Virus record (IMG/VR): IMGVR_UViG_3300031419_000529
Span: 27,173-91,172 of that record
DNA from: a virus
Strand: one strand, 5' to 3'
Length of the DNA stretch: 64,000 bases
The notes beneath the pieces were generated by a model. The model had not been told where the DNA came from. It made no database searches and saw only the letters and a program-made list of their open reading frames with translations. Below are positions 27,654 to 36,434 of this stretch, piece by piece. How positions within the stretch are numbered: position 1 is the stretch's first letter; the number at the start of each line of letters is the position of its first letter. Both the position numbers and the translations under genes were made by a program.

Positions 27654-28925
27654 GTGACTTCGTACACAGACGATTTTGTTAAGAAAAATATTGATGAGTG
27701 TGACTCGTTTATTCAAATAAAATATAAAGAGTCTGTATTTAATATACAAGGAGATAATGAACTAAACGATAGGGAATTTATTTCCAGCCTAAGTTATGAT
27801 GAGGTTTTTCAAGTGGCTCTTTATTGCGCCTGGTTGGATTTTTTCTCTAAGTTTAGAAATGACGCAGTTCTCCTTGACAAAAACACAATTTTTAACAGAA
27901 AGAAACTAGGCGATAGAGTTTTATTTTCCGCAGATCAAGTAAAGGATGATCCTGTCTTATTCTTGTCAAACTTATTAAGGGTAATAATAGAAGCTAATTT
28001 TTGGGAGGGCTCACCTGGTCTTTTTTATAATAGACGTGATGTTTTGACGATCTTAGCAAGTAATTACGAGAGAAGGGAGTATCAATTCGAATGGATAAGA
28101 GATACTTTGCAGATTTCATTAGCACAGTTCTTACTACATTCCGATGCTTTTAAAATGGCATTGCAACTTGGTTCCAATATAACTGAGCAGTCTAATACTA
28201 TAAAGAATGAGTTAAATAAAGATGTGGGAATACTAATTGGAACTCTAACTTCAGAAAGTGAAAGTATAAAGAAAGATTTCGATACAAAAAAAGAAGAGAT
28301 TTCAGAGTTATTAAACGATAAAGAGAAAGAGTTACGCAATATTTTTGAAGAGATAGACTCTAATGTTAAAGGGATAGATGAGGTTAGAGAAAGATTAAGT
28401 AGTTACCATTCTGAATTTAACTTTGTAGGTCTTTATGCTGGGTTCAAAGAATTAAAGAAAGGTAAAGATGAAGAGCTAGACTCGGCAAAAGGCAGTTATC
28501 ATCTCGCCATGATTATTGCAATAATGTTACCGTTGTTAAGTATAGGGATGCATATATTATTCCCTGGGCTGGTGAATGGAAAAACTTTAGTTGAATGGGT
28601 GTCGTGGGCAGCTCCGTTCGCTGCAATAGAACTTCTTATACTATATTATGCAAGGGTAATTTATTCAGAAGTTAAGTCGTTGAGAACGCAACTTGTACAA
28701 ATAAATTTAAGAGGGGCGTTATGCCAATTCATAGAAGAATATATGAATTATAGAAAGAAAATGAAAAATGAAAAAGGTGAGCTGAATGATGCAGCGTTGG
28801 ATAAATTTGATTCATTAATCTTCAGTACAATACAAATGGATAGCGATAACATTCCTGGGGCTCTGGATGGAGTTAATGCTATTGCTGAGTTGGCGGGAAA
28901 AGTTTTAGCAAAAAGTAAGCCTTAG
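27654..28925 (+). CDS. AT-rich coiled-coil plus 2 TM protein
   Basis: AGGAG SD with GTG start; FNFVGLYAGF, two TM helices, ALCQFIEEY. Confidence 0.78.
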   Translation: MTSYTDDFVKKNIDECDSFIQIKYKESVFNIQGDNELNDREFISSLSYDEVFQVALYCAWLDFFSKFRNDAVLLDKNTIFNRKKLGDRVLFSADQVKDDPVLFLSNLLRVIIEANFWEGSPGLFYNRRDVLTILASNYERREYQFEWIRDTLQISLAQFLLHSDAFKMALQLGSNITEQSNTIKNELNKDVGILIGTLTSESESIKKDFDTKKEEISELLNDKEKELRNIFEEIDSNVKGIDEVRERLSSYHSEFNFVGLYAGFKELKKGKDEELDSAKGSYHLAMIIAIMLPLLSIGMHILFPGLVNGKTLVEWVSWAAPFAAIELLILYYARVIYSEVKSLRTQLVQINLRGALCQFIEEYMNYRKKMKNEKGELNDAALDKFDSLIFSTIQMDSDNIPGALDGVNAIAELAGKVLAKSKP

Positions 28926-28993
28926 ATATAATGAAAATTATGTAGTTTAGATTGTTATTTAATTTATGATAATTTTGATTAACAGGGGGTATA

Positions 28994-30529
28994 ATGAAAA
29001 ATATAGTGGAAATGTCTTTTGAATGGCAGAACGAGAGTAATGGATTTCCAGCGGATAATCTGGATCGGGCCAAATATGCTAGATTCTTAACGGATTTCTT
29101 GGTTGCTAAAGGCAGTGAAAAAAATTATGTTTTGAATGTAAATGCTTCATGGGGCGCTGGGAAAACATGGTTTTTGAGACGTTGGTCTGAAGAGATTAAA
29201 AAGAATTATCCTGTGGTATTTGTTGATGCATGGAAAAGTGACCATTCAAAAGATCCTTTTTTGTCTGTTGTATCTGCAATTTCTAAAGATCTAGAGCCAT
29301 TAATAGATGTGAGATTTAAAGATAGCGCAATAACGAAAAAAAGCTGGCTATTATTAAAAAGTATAGCCCCCGAAATTACAAAAGGAATTGTGAAAAAATA
29401 TTTGAGCTTAGATATTGATGAGGTATCAAAAGCAATTAATAATAATGATGCATCCTCCATTGCTGGTGTGGGCGCCAAAGCAGTTGAGAAATTAATTAAG
29501 TTTCATGATGAAACTAATAGTTCCATTGATGACTTCAAAGAAGCTACATCAAAATATTTGGATTTAATTGTCAATAAATCAGATAAAGAGTTACCTCTGT
29601 TTGTTTTCATAGATGAATTAGACAGGTGCAGGCCAACTTATGCAATAGAAATGCTTGAAACAATAAAGCATATATTTGATATGGAGAACGTGGTTTTTGT
29701 TATTGCTACTGATAAAGATCAGCTGCAACACTCAATAAAAGCTGTATATGGAAGTGGATTTAACTCAACAAAATATTTGGATCGTTTTTTTGATAGATCA
29801 GTTACTTTGAGAAAAACCTCGCTCTTTGACTACATAAGTAACATGATTTCAAATAGTAATATTTTAACCGATTATTTTAGCAGGTCAGATTGTAGTTGGA
29901 TGATACCAGTTAATAATTTGGATCAAATTTCTGATAGGGTTGAATGGCTTTCAGCAATGTCACAATGTTTTTATATGGATTTAAGAACGACAAAACAATG
30001 GATTGAGCGATTGGAAGCATCAATATTATCCTCGGGTGATCGTATTGATTTTATATTTCTTTCATATTTACTGGCATTAAATAGTGTTAATGGAATCACA
30101 TATGCAAATGTTGCTAACACAACATCAATTATGGGGGCTGACTTCAAAGGTAAATACATTTCTGAATTGTATCGTGACATTGTAAATCCAGATGTTAAAC
30201 TGAATTTTTCTTTTGATTGCTCTGTTTTAGGTGATAAATTAAACATTAAAAACTCAAGTTCATACACCAGAAACCCATTTAAAATCGTAAATTTTTCGTT
30301 AGGTGTTCATGAGTTGTTTTTCAGTCTCCACTGTTGTGTGAATACAATCGACCCACAGAGGGTAATTGATGAGCAATGCTTTTCTTTATCTCAACGCTTA
30401 ATGGAAGGTGGTCAAGATACAAGGATGATTGATATAGGATTGATGCAAGCTGTCATAATGAGGAATAATAATGGGGTGAGTTTCCATGATTATATAGATA
30501 TAGTAGAGCTAGCAATGATATTAGAATGA
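28994..30529 (+). CDS. KAP-family P-loop NTPase
   Basis: NASWGAGKT Walker A; FIDELDRCRPTYAIEMLETIKHIF; YLDRFFD. Confidence 0.92.
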   Translation: MKNIVEMSFEWQNESNGFPADNLDRAKYARFLTDFLVAKGSEKNYVLNVNASWGAGKTWFLRRWSEEIKKNYPVVFVDAWKSDHSKDPFLSVVSAISKDLEPLIDVRFKDSAITKKSWLLLKSIAPEITKGIVKKYLSLDIDEVSKAINNNDASSIAGVGAKAVEKLIKFHDETNSSIDDFKEATSKYLDLIVNKSDKELPLFVFIDELDRCRPTYAIEMLETIKHIFDMENVVFVIATDKDQLQHSIKAVYGSGFNSTKYLDRFFDRSVTLRKTSLFDYISNMISNSNILTDYFSRSDCSWMIPVNNLDQISDRVEWLSAMSQCFYMDLRTTKQWIERLEASILSSGDRIDFIFLSYLLALNSVNGITYANVANTTSIMGADFKGKYISELYRDIVNPDVKLNFSFDCSVLGDKLNIKNSSSYTRNPFKIVNFSLGVHELFFSLHCCVNTIDPQRVIDEQCFSLSQRLMEGGQDTRMIDIGLMQAVIMRNNNGVSFHDYIDIVELAMILE

Positions 30530-30552
30530 GAAACATTAATAAGGACTGACCA

Positions 30553-31365
30553 ATGACCAACGTAATAGAACAACTTATAAAAATGCACGATCCGCGCTGT
30601 GTAAGCGCGGAGTCAATGAATGTAGGCCGCGGGCGAGCTTCCCTGACCAGGGAGCAAATTCTCGGAGCATTCGCAGCCGCGCAGCACCAGCACTCAGTTG
30701 GCCTCGACCTGCTGATGACTAAGTACCGCAGCGACTTCAAGGCGGAGCAGCGGCTACGTGCAGCGATCAATGAATGGGTACATCAACGCCCGCATCCCGA
30801 ACGCGCGGCTGCTGCATGTCAGTTAGCCCTGAGTATTGTGCTTGAGCGTAACCTGCCGGCACAGATATCACACCTCGCGTCATTATTACGCAGGTATGGC
30901 CCACGTACTGCTCAAACCCGAAAGAACATTGAGGCGCTGCAGTCAGAGATTAAGGCTTTAGACAAGCGCCGATGCCAGGTGCAAATCAGCGATACTGTTT
31001 ACGTTGAGGCTGGATTAGAAATTACCGATTTGAATACACGGATTGAGCGGGAACGTGCAGCATTGCGCGCCTGGTCTGAACGCCACGCAGCCACAACCAA
31101 TATTTGCCCACGATGCTCAGGCACTGGCCGTACTGTTAGACCGCACCCGGTAGAGTGCGAAGAGTGTGGTGGTAAAGGTAAGATACCCGCCAATATGGAA
31201 CACTTGCGTAACTCTATGCGTATCATAGGGGCCGAGGTAGCTCCCGGGAAGTGGGTTACTGAATATATCTCATTGGTTGGAGCTTGTATCAACTGGCTGT
31301 ATTGTAAAGAGGAGCAAGCAGGTAAGTGCATAAAAAACAGGATTATAAGCGAATTATACGACTGA
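30553..31365 (+). CDS. Q: Q-like late antiterminator (TIGR02642-type zinc finger)
   Basis: LIKMHDPRCVS N-term; CPRCSGTG..CEECGGKG; just upstream of lysis. Confidence 0.75.
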   Translation: MTNVIEQLIKMHDPRCVSAESMNVGRGRASLTREQILGAFAAAQHQHSVGLDLLMTKYRSDFKAEQRLRAAINEWVHQRPHPERAAAACQLALSIVLERNLPAQISHLASLLRRYGPRTAQTRKNIEALQSEIKALDKRRCQVQISDTVYVEAGLEITDLNTRIERERAALRAWSERHAATTNICPRCSGTGRTVRPHPVECEECGGKGKIPANMEHLRNSMRIIGAEVAPGKWVTEYISLVGACINWLYCKEEQAGKCIKNRIISELYD

Positions 31366-31431
31366 GTGTTATGGTACCATTAGTGTACTGAGATTTTTTA
31401 GGATTAAGAAAATCAATCAAAAGGGGAAATA

Positions 31432-31926
31432 ATGAGCAATCCTGCACTAGCGTTAATAAATTGGATCGAGGGATTCCCTTTGGAAACCCAGGACGAAATT
31501 ACTTTTTTGGTATGCGCATCTCACCCCAGTTTCAGCGCCGATATTGACAACATCTTTAAGTCTAAAGAGTATTCGTCAAAAATCCTTGAACTTTTAAAGG
31601 GTTCCACTAGTGGTGATTTTAAAGATATTGGAGTAATTGTCTCATTTCGTGCGCTGTTCGATTATTTTTTCTTGGCAAAACGCGGAACTAAAGAAGGATG
31701 GGATGAGACGGTTAAGCTATTTGACAGCGTAATCAATGACCCATCTGAGAAACCTGCTGGTGTTGTTGAGCAAGCTAAAGAAATGAAAGATAAGGTGCCA
31801 GAAAGAATGGCGCAATGGATTGCGATATGTGATTCATGGAAGCAACTTAAACTAACATCGCTCTCAGATGATGAAATTGAACAGTGGCATAACGCTCAAG
31901 CTTTCTCGACCTATAAGCCTGTTTGA
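31432..31926 (+). CDS. Hypothetical accessory protein between Q and lysis
   Basis: 164 aa, AGGGG SD, lower GC. Confidence 0.75.
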   Translation: MSNPALALINWIEGFPLETQDEITFLVCASHPSFSADIDNIFKSKEYSSKILELLKGSTSGDFKDIGVIVSFRALFDYFFLAKRGTKEGWDETVKLFDSVINDPSEKPAGVVEQAKEMKDKVPERMAQWIAICDSWKQLKLTSLSDDEIEQWHNAQAFSTYKPV

Positions 31927-31952
31927 TATTACCAATTCATCGATGTTAGGAG

Positions 31953-32025
31953 TTGCTTATAGTTCTATAACGCGCTAAATTTCCGAAAGATGCCGGAGTA
32001 TGCTTAAAGCTACTTCGGCTTTTTT
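31953..32025 (+). promoter_or_regulatory. Late promoter/pause/terminator unit 1
   Basis: TTGCTT-17(..CGCGC)-TAAATT, AAAGAT, hairpin GCCGGAGTA/TACTTCGGC plus T6. Confidence 0.8.
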
Positions 32026-32038
32026 ATTGGTCAGTCCT

Positions 32039-32071
32039 AAGCCTGCATGGTTCGCCCAGCAGGCTTTTTTT
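32039..32071 (+). terminator. Second terminator in late leader
   Basis: AAGCCTGC..GCAGGCTT plus T tract. Confidence 0.8.
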
Positions 32072-32097
32072 ATTCCCCCAAGCAGGGGAGGTGGAGT

Positions 32098-32340
32098 ATG
32101 AAAATGCAGGAGAAAGCAAGCCTCGCGGCCTACCTCTCTTCAGGGTTTCTTGTGCTGGTGGGGAAGGTGGGGAAATTACTTAACGATCTCACTCTGAACG
32201 ATTGGGCGATCGTCATCGGTATCATCATCGGTATCGCGACGTTTGCCGCAAACCTGTACTTCCAGAATCGCCAGACACGAGCTATTGAACGCGCCTCACG
32301 CGCCGGCGCCACAATCATTAACCCGGGGCGTGCCAAATGA
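32098..32340 (+). CDS. Holin with Met-Lys-Met dual start
   Basis: GGAG SD; ATGAAAATG; LTLNDWAIVIGIIIGIATFAANLYFQ. Confidence 0.85.
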   Translation: MKMQEKASLAAYLSSGFLVLVGKVGKLLNDLTLNDWAIVIGIIIGIATFAANLYFQNRQTRAIERASRAGATIINPGRAK

Positions 32341-32885
32341 CGATTAAAAAGAAGGTTAGCGCTGTCGTTTGCTCTGTGTCCGTGATTATCGGGCTGGTAT
32401 TGAACCAGGCGGGGGATTTCAAATCCGCGAATGGTAATCCCCTCCGATTTTCCAAGGCGGCGATGGAAGTCATGGGGAATGCGGAGAGTTGCCGCCGGGA
32501 TCCGTATCTATGCCCTGCCCAAATCATTACGCAGGGAATCGGTCATACCGGGAAAGGTGTAGCCGCCGTCAGCAAAGCGAGTGATCAGCAGATCGCTAAG
32601 TGGTTTGCCGAAGACCAACTCGATGCGCAGAACTGTATTGAGGTGAACGTTGAACGTAAGCTGGGGAAGCAACTCCCCCAGGGTGTATTCGATGGGATAG
32701 GGAGTTTTATTTTTAACGTCGGCTGTGGCCAGTTCACCCGCTCGACGATGTACCGATATCTGCTGGCTGAAAAAAACGTAGATGCCTGTGAGCAGTTGCC
32801 CCGATGGATTTATGCCGTGGGAAAGGTGCTTAAGGGACTGGTAATTCGTCGCGACAAAGAGAAGGCGCTCTGCCTGGCTCACTGA
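32337..32885 (+). CDS. Endolysin (GH24 lysozyme, SAR-type N-terminus)
   Basis: Basic plus weakly hydrophobic N-term; E-x8-C-x5-T triad (ESCRRDPYLCPAQIIT); FNVGCG; GLVIRR. Confidence 0.92.
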   Translation: MTIKKKVSAVVCSVSVIIGLVLNQAGDFKSANGNPLRFSKAAMEVMGNAESCRRDPYLCPAQIITQGIGHTGKGVAAVSKASDQQIAKWFAEDQLDAQNCIEVNVERKLGKQLPQGVFDGIGSFIFNVGCGQFTRSTMYRYLLAEKNVDACEQLPRWIYAVGKVLKGLVIRRDKEKALCLAH

Positions 32886-33017
32886 AAACAGGCCGATTCT
32901 GGCCGATATCTACATGAAAACCCCCGAATCGGTAACGCTACGTGAAATCTACAATCACGGTGATTGTCGTTACCCACACATTTTTCATAGCAAACGGCGT
33001 TAAGCCCGGATCCTGAC

Positions 33018-33554
33018 ATGACCAACAAAATACTGCTCACCATTGCCGGTGTATTGCAGGCGGGGATCCTTGCGCTTGGCTGGATGGCATTCCATTTCTA
33101 CGGCGTATCCGTTGCGAAGGATGGGGAGTTGAACCAGGCGAAAAGCGATCTGGGTGTGGCCACCGCGACGAATGTCCAGCAGGCATTCCAGTTCCAGCGC
33201 GCCAATGAGATATCAGCCGCAGCCGGTAAGTACAACGTCACCATCTCTGCCAAGAGCGAGGAACGGCAAATTGAAAACCGCAACGACCTTAAAACTGAGG
33301 AATGCGCTGATCGCTATATCCCTGACGCTACTGCTCAGCGCCTGTACGCGTACACGAACGGTCTACGTGCCATCGCAATGCGTGATTCCGGCAAGCCTGA
33401 CGGAGCCGCTACTAATTCCACTGCCGCCGGCCGCCTGACATACCGCCAGGCGGTTCTCTGGATCGACCCGTTGCTCACCTTACTGGACAGGGCGAACAAT
33501 GACCGCGCTGGGATCCGCAGCCTTCCACACCAACAACCAACAGAGCCTCGGTAA
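33018..33554 (+). CDS. Rz: Rz-like inner-membrane spanin
   Basis: N-terminal TM, coiled coil, after endolysin. Confidence 0.82.
   Translation: MTNKILLTIAGVLQAGILALGWMAFHFYGVSVAKDGELNQAKSDLGVATATNVQQAFQFQRANEISAAAGKYNVTISAKSEERQIENRNDLKTEECADRYIPDATAQRLYAYTNGLRAIAMRDSGKPDGAATNSTAAGRLTYRQAVLWIDPLLTLLDRANNDRAGIRSLPHQQPTEPR
33271..33438 (+). CDS. Rz1: Rz1-like outer-membrane lipoprotein spanin embedded in Rz
   Basis: GAGG SD with TTG; lipobox LLSAC; Pro-rich mature part. Confidence 0.75.
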   Translation: MKTATTLKLRNALIAISLTLLLSACTRTRTVYVPSQCVIPASLTEPLLIPLPPAA

Positions 33555-33593
33555 TCACCGGGGCTTTTTACTATCAGAAGCAGGAGAAGCAAC

Positions 33594-33806
33594 ATGTTCA
33601 CCATTAAGTTGAAGTACGCCACCAAGCAAGAGCGGTTAATCGGCGGCAGTGAAGTTATCTGGAATGGGGAGAGCAAGACCCTTTCAGTGATCGGTACCGG
33701 CGGTGACGAGAAGTATCAACTGTTACCCGGTGACGACGCCTATGTAACGAATGCCGCTGGCAAGACGGTTGCGACTTACACCAACTCAACACAGCCTGTT
33801 GCATAA
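33594..33806 (+). CDS. Small hypothetical protein
   Basis: AGGAG SD; 70 aa. Confidence 0.65.
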   Translation: MFTIKLKYATKQERLIGGSEVIWNGESKTLSVIGTGGDEKYQLLPGDDAYVTNAAGKTVATYTNSTQPVA

Positions 33807-33876
33807 GCCATCACACAGCTCATCCACCAGTGTGGGCTGTCTAATGGTCAATGGAAGAGAACAGTAAACACATCAC

Positions 33877-34722
33877 ATGGCAAAGCATGACTGGAAAGCG
33901 CTGCAGACTGAGTTCCTCAGGGACAATGCAGCTACAGGGATAACAGCTCAGCAGTGGTGTGAGAACCATGGGTTGAACTACCAGTCAGCCCGGCGTTACA
34001 TCAAACCTCGTGCTGCGCAATCTGCGCAAAACAAACAGCGCAATACTGCGCACAGTGCGCAGCGCAATGAGAATGCGCAAAACTGCGCAGGTGGTGATGA
34101 TTCAGTAGATGACGATGAACATGTATCAGCAGACGCAAGCGACAAGACTGATACAGCTCCGGATCAAGACGCGAAACCGCACGGAAGAGACGGCAAGGGC
34201 CGGTTTGCTCAGGGTAACGCGGGCAATACGGGTATTCCATCTAATGCTTTTGCACCGCGCAATCAGACCGCCAGAAAGCACTCAGCGTATTCGAAGTACC
34301 TCGATGCTGATGAGTTATTTGATGCGGTCGCCGATTCTGATCTGCATGACGAACTGATATTCACTCGCGCCCGGGCATTGTCAGTCACCAAGACAATGAA
34401 GCAGATCATGGAGGATTTGCAGAAGGCCGAGAGCGTTGAAACGCGCATTGAGCTTTACGACAAATTTCTCAAAGCTGAGCAGGGGCTCGACAGAAATATC
34501 GGGCGAATTGAGTCCATCGAGCGCACGCTCAGTAGTCTGCAACTGAACGCAGTTAATGTTCCGCGGCTAAGCGAAGACACACTGCGTATTATTGCGGCCA
34601 CTGCCAAGTTGAAAGCTGAGACTCAGAAGCTCACGGCAGAAAGCAAAGACGTCACTACGCCACTGTCTGGCATCGTCTCTGATATTCAGGGCATGACCGA
34701 TAACGGGTTGATGTCCAAATGA
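33877..34722 (+). CDS. terS: Terminase small subunit
   Basis: DWKALQ..WCENHGLNYQSARRYIK HTH; NQTARKH; precedes TerL. Confidence 0.85.
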   Translation: MAKHDWKALQTEFLRDNAATGITAQQWCENHGLNYQSARRYIKPRAAQSAQNKQRNTAHSAQRNENAQNCAGGDDSVDDDEHVSADASDKTDTAPDQDAKPHGRDGKGRFAQGNAGNTGIPSNAFAPRNQTARKHSAYSKYLDADELFDAVADSDLHDELIFTRARALSVTKTMKQIMEDLQKAESVETRIELYDKFLKAEQGLDRNIGRIESIERTLSSLQLNAVNVPRLSEDTLRIIAATAKLKAETQKLTAESKDVTTPLSGIVSDIQGMTDNGLMSK

Positions 34723-36434
34723 CGGCGCCACACTACGACTCGGCAAGCGTTGACGACGAACTGAGTGGAATGTCAGCGGCCCAGCAGCGTTTGTTCATCG
34801 TGACCAAGCTATCCAATCCTTGGTGGCGGCTGAACAACCTCTACAAGATCGAGAATGAGAAGGGCGAACTGGTCACGTTCCGATTGCGCCCAGCGCAGCG
34901 CACACTGTTCGAGTCGATGCATTACCGCAACATTATCCTGAAGGCGCGGCAGCTCGGTTTCTCAACAGCAATCGATATTTACCTGCTGGATCAGGCGTTG
35001 TTCAACAAGAACTTGAAGTGCGGGATTATCGCTCAGGACAAGTCAGCGGCTGGCGAGATATTCCGTACCAAGATAGCGATACCTTTCGACAACCTGCCAG
35101 GGTGGTTGAGGGCGGACTTCAAAATTACTGAGCGGCGCAGCGGGGCAAACGGCGGCTACATTCTATTTGCCCATGGTTCGAGCATTCAGGTGGCAACCTC
35201 ATTCCGTTCCGGTACCGTTCAGCGCCTGCACATTTCCGAGCATGGGAAGATCTGCGCCAAGTATCCGGCTAAGGCCAAGGAAGTGCGAACCGGTACGCTC
35301 AACGCCATTCACGACGGCTGTATTGCCTTCATCGAAAGCACGGCAGAGGGCGTCGGCGGCGACTTTCACGAAATGAGTACCCGCTCAATGGAGCTGGGGC
35401 AGACTGGTATCGAGCTGACCACTCAGGATTGGAAGTTTCATTTCTTCGCCTGGTGGCAGGATCCGAAGTATGTGGCGCAGGTTCCAGCTGCTGGCCTACG
35501 CCTCAGCAAATACCTCAGGGAATATTTTTCAGGCGTTGAGCTGTCGATGCAGATCACGCTCAGCGCCGAGCAGCGCCAGTGGTATATCAACAAAGAAATC
35601 GAGCAGCGCGACGAAATGAAACAGGAATTCCCCAGCACGCCGCTCGAGGCGTTCCTGACTTCTGGCCGCCGCGTATTCGATGCTATCAGCACGATGAAAG
35701 CGCAAGGCCACTGTACGCCGCCATTGCTGGTGTACGACATGGATCCGGTGACCGGCACCAAGACCAAAGCTCAGGGGCTGCGCGGCGGTGAAACAAAAGA
35801 GCTTGTCCGCACCCTGCTGAATCATCTGCTGGTCTGGGAGCTTCCAGATCCGGAAGAAGACTATGCCATTGGCGCTGATATCGCGGAAGGATTGGAAAGC
35901 GGCGACCGATCATCGTTTGACGTCATCAAGAAGAGCAGCGGCGAGCAAGTGGCGCATTGGTTCGGCTATCTCGATGCTGAGTTATTCGCGCAACTGCTGG
36001 CACACGTCGGCAAATGGTACAACACCGCCTACATCGGGCCTGAGCGTAACAACCACGGTCACGCGGTGCTGCAAAAGTTGCGTGATATCTACCCGCTGCG
36101 CGCTATCTACGCAGAGCAGTACCTCGATCGTGAAGACGATGACGAAACACCAAAGCTCGGCTGGCTGACTACCAAGCAAAGCAAGCCTGTCATCACTGAG
36201 GGATTGAAAACCCTATTACGTAACGGTGTCAGCGGCATCCGCTGGATCGGCACCGTCAATGAAGCGAACACCTACGTGTATGACCCCAAGGGTGCAATGG
36301 GCGCGCAATCCGGTTGTTACGATGACCAGGTGATGAGCTATGCCATTGCCCAAGAGATGCGCACCCGCATGCCAGCCCGTCCGAAGGTCACACCTATCGA
36401 CAGATCTAAACCCACACACTGGATGTCTCACTGA
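34719..36434 (+). CDS. terL: Terminase large subunit
   Basis: ILKARQLGFST, LHISE, ESTAEG, GADIAEG, DDQVMS. Confidence 0.95.
   Translation: MTAPHYDSASVDDELSGMSAAQQRLFIVTKLSNPWWRLNNLYKIENEKGELVTFRLRPAQRTLFESMHYRNIILKARQLGFSTAIDIYLLDQALFNKNLKCGIIAQDKSAAGEIFRTKIAIPFDNLPGWLRADFKITERRSGANGGYILFAHGSSIQVATSFRSGTVQRLHISEHGKICAKYPAKAKEVRTGTLNAIHDGCIAFIESTAEGVGGDFHEMSTRSMELGQTGIELTTQDWKFHFFAWWQDPKYVAQVPAAGLRLSKYLREYFSGVELSMQITLSAEQRQWYINKEIEQRDEMKQEFPSTPLEAFLTSGRRVFDAISTMKAQGHCTPPLLVYDMDPVTGTKTKAQGLRGGETKELVRTLLNHLLVWELPDPEEDYAIGADIAEGLESGDRSSFDVIKKSSGEQVAHWFGYLDAELFAQLLAHVGKWYNTAYIGPERNNHGHAVLQKLRDIYPLRAIYAEQYLDREDDDETPKLGWLTTKQSKPVITEGLKTLLRNGVSGIRWIGTVNEANTYVYDPKGAMGAQSGCYDDQVMSYAIAQEMRTRMPARPKVTPIDRSKPTHWMSH

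Noticed and set aside
31432-31926. Shiga-like toxin in the Q-lysis interval
   Set aside because: No signal peptide, RIP motifs or B-subunit gene
33430-33554. Frameshift between Rz1 and Rz
   Set aside because: A fully embedded Rz1 with this Rz C-terminus is a normal spanin arrangement
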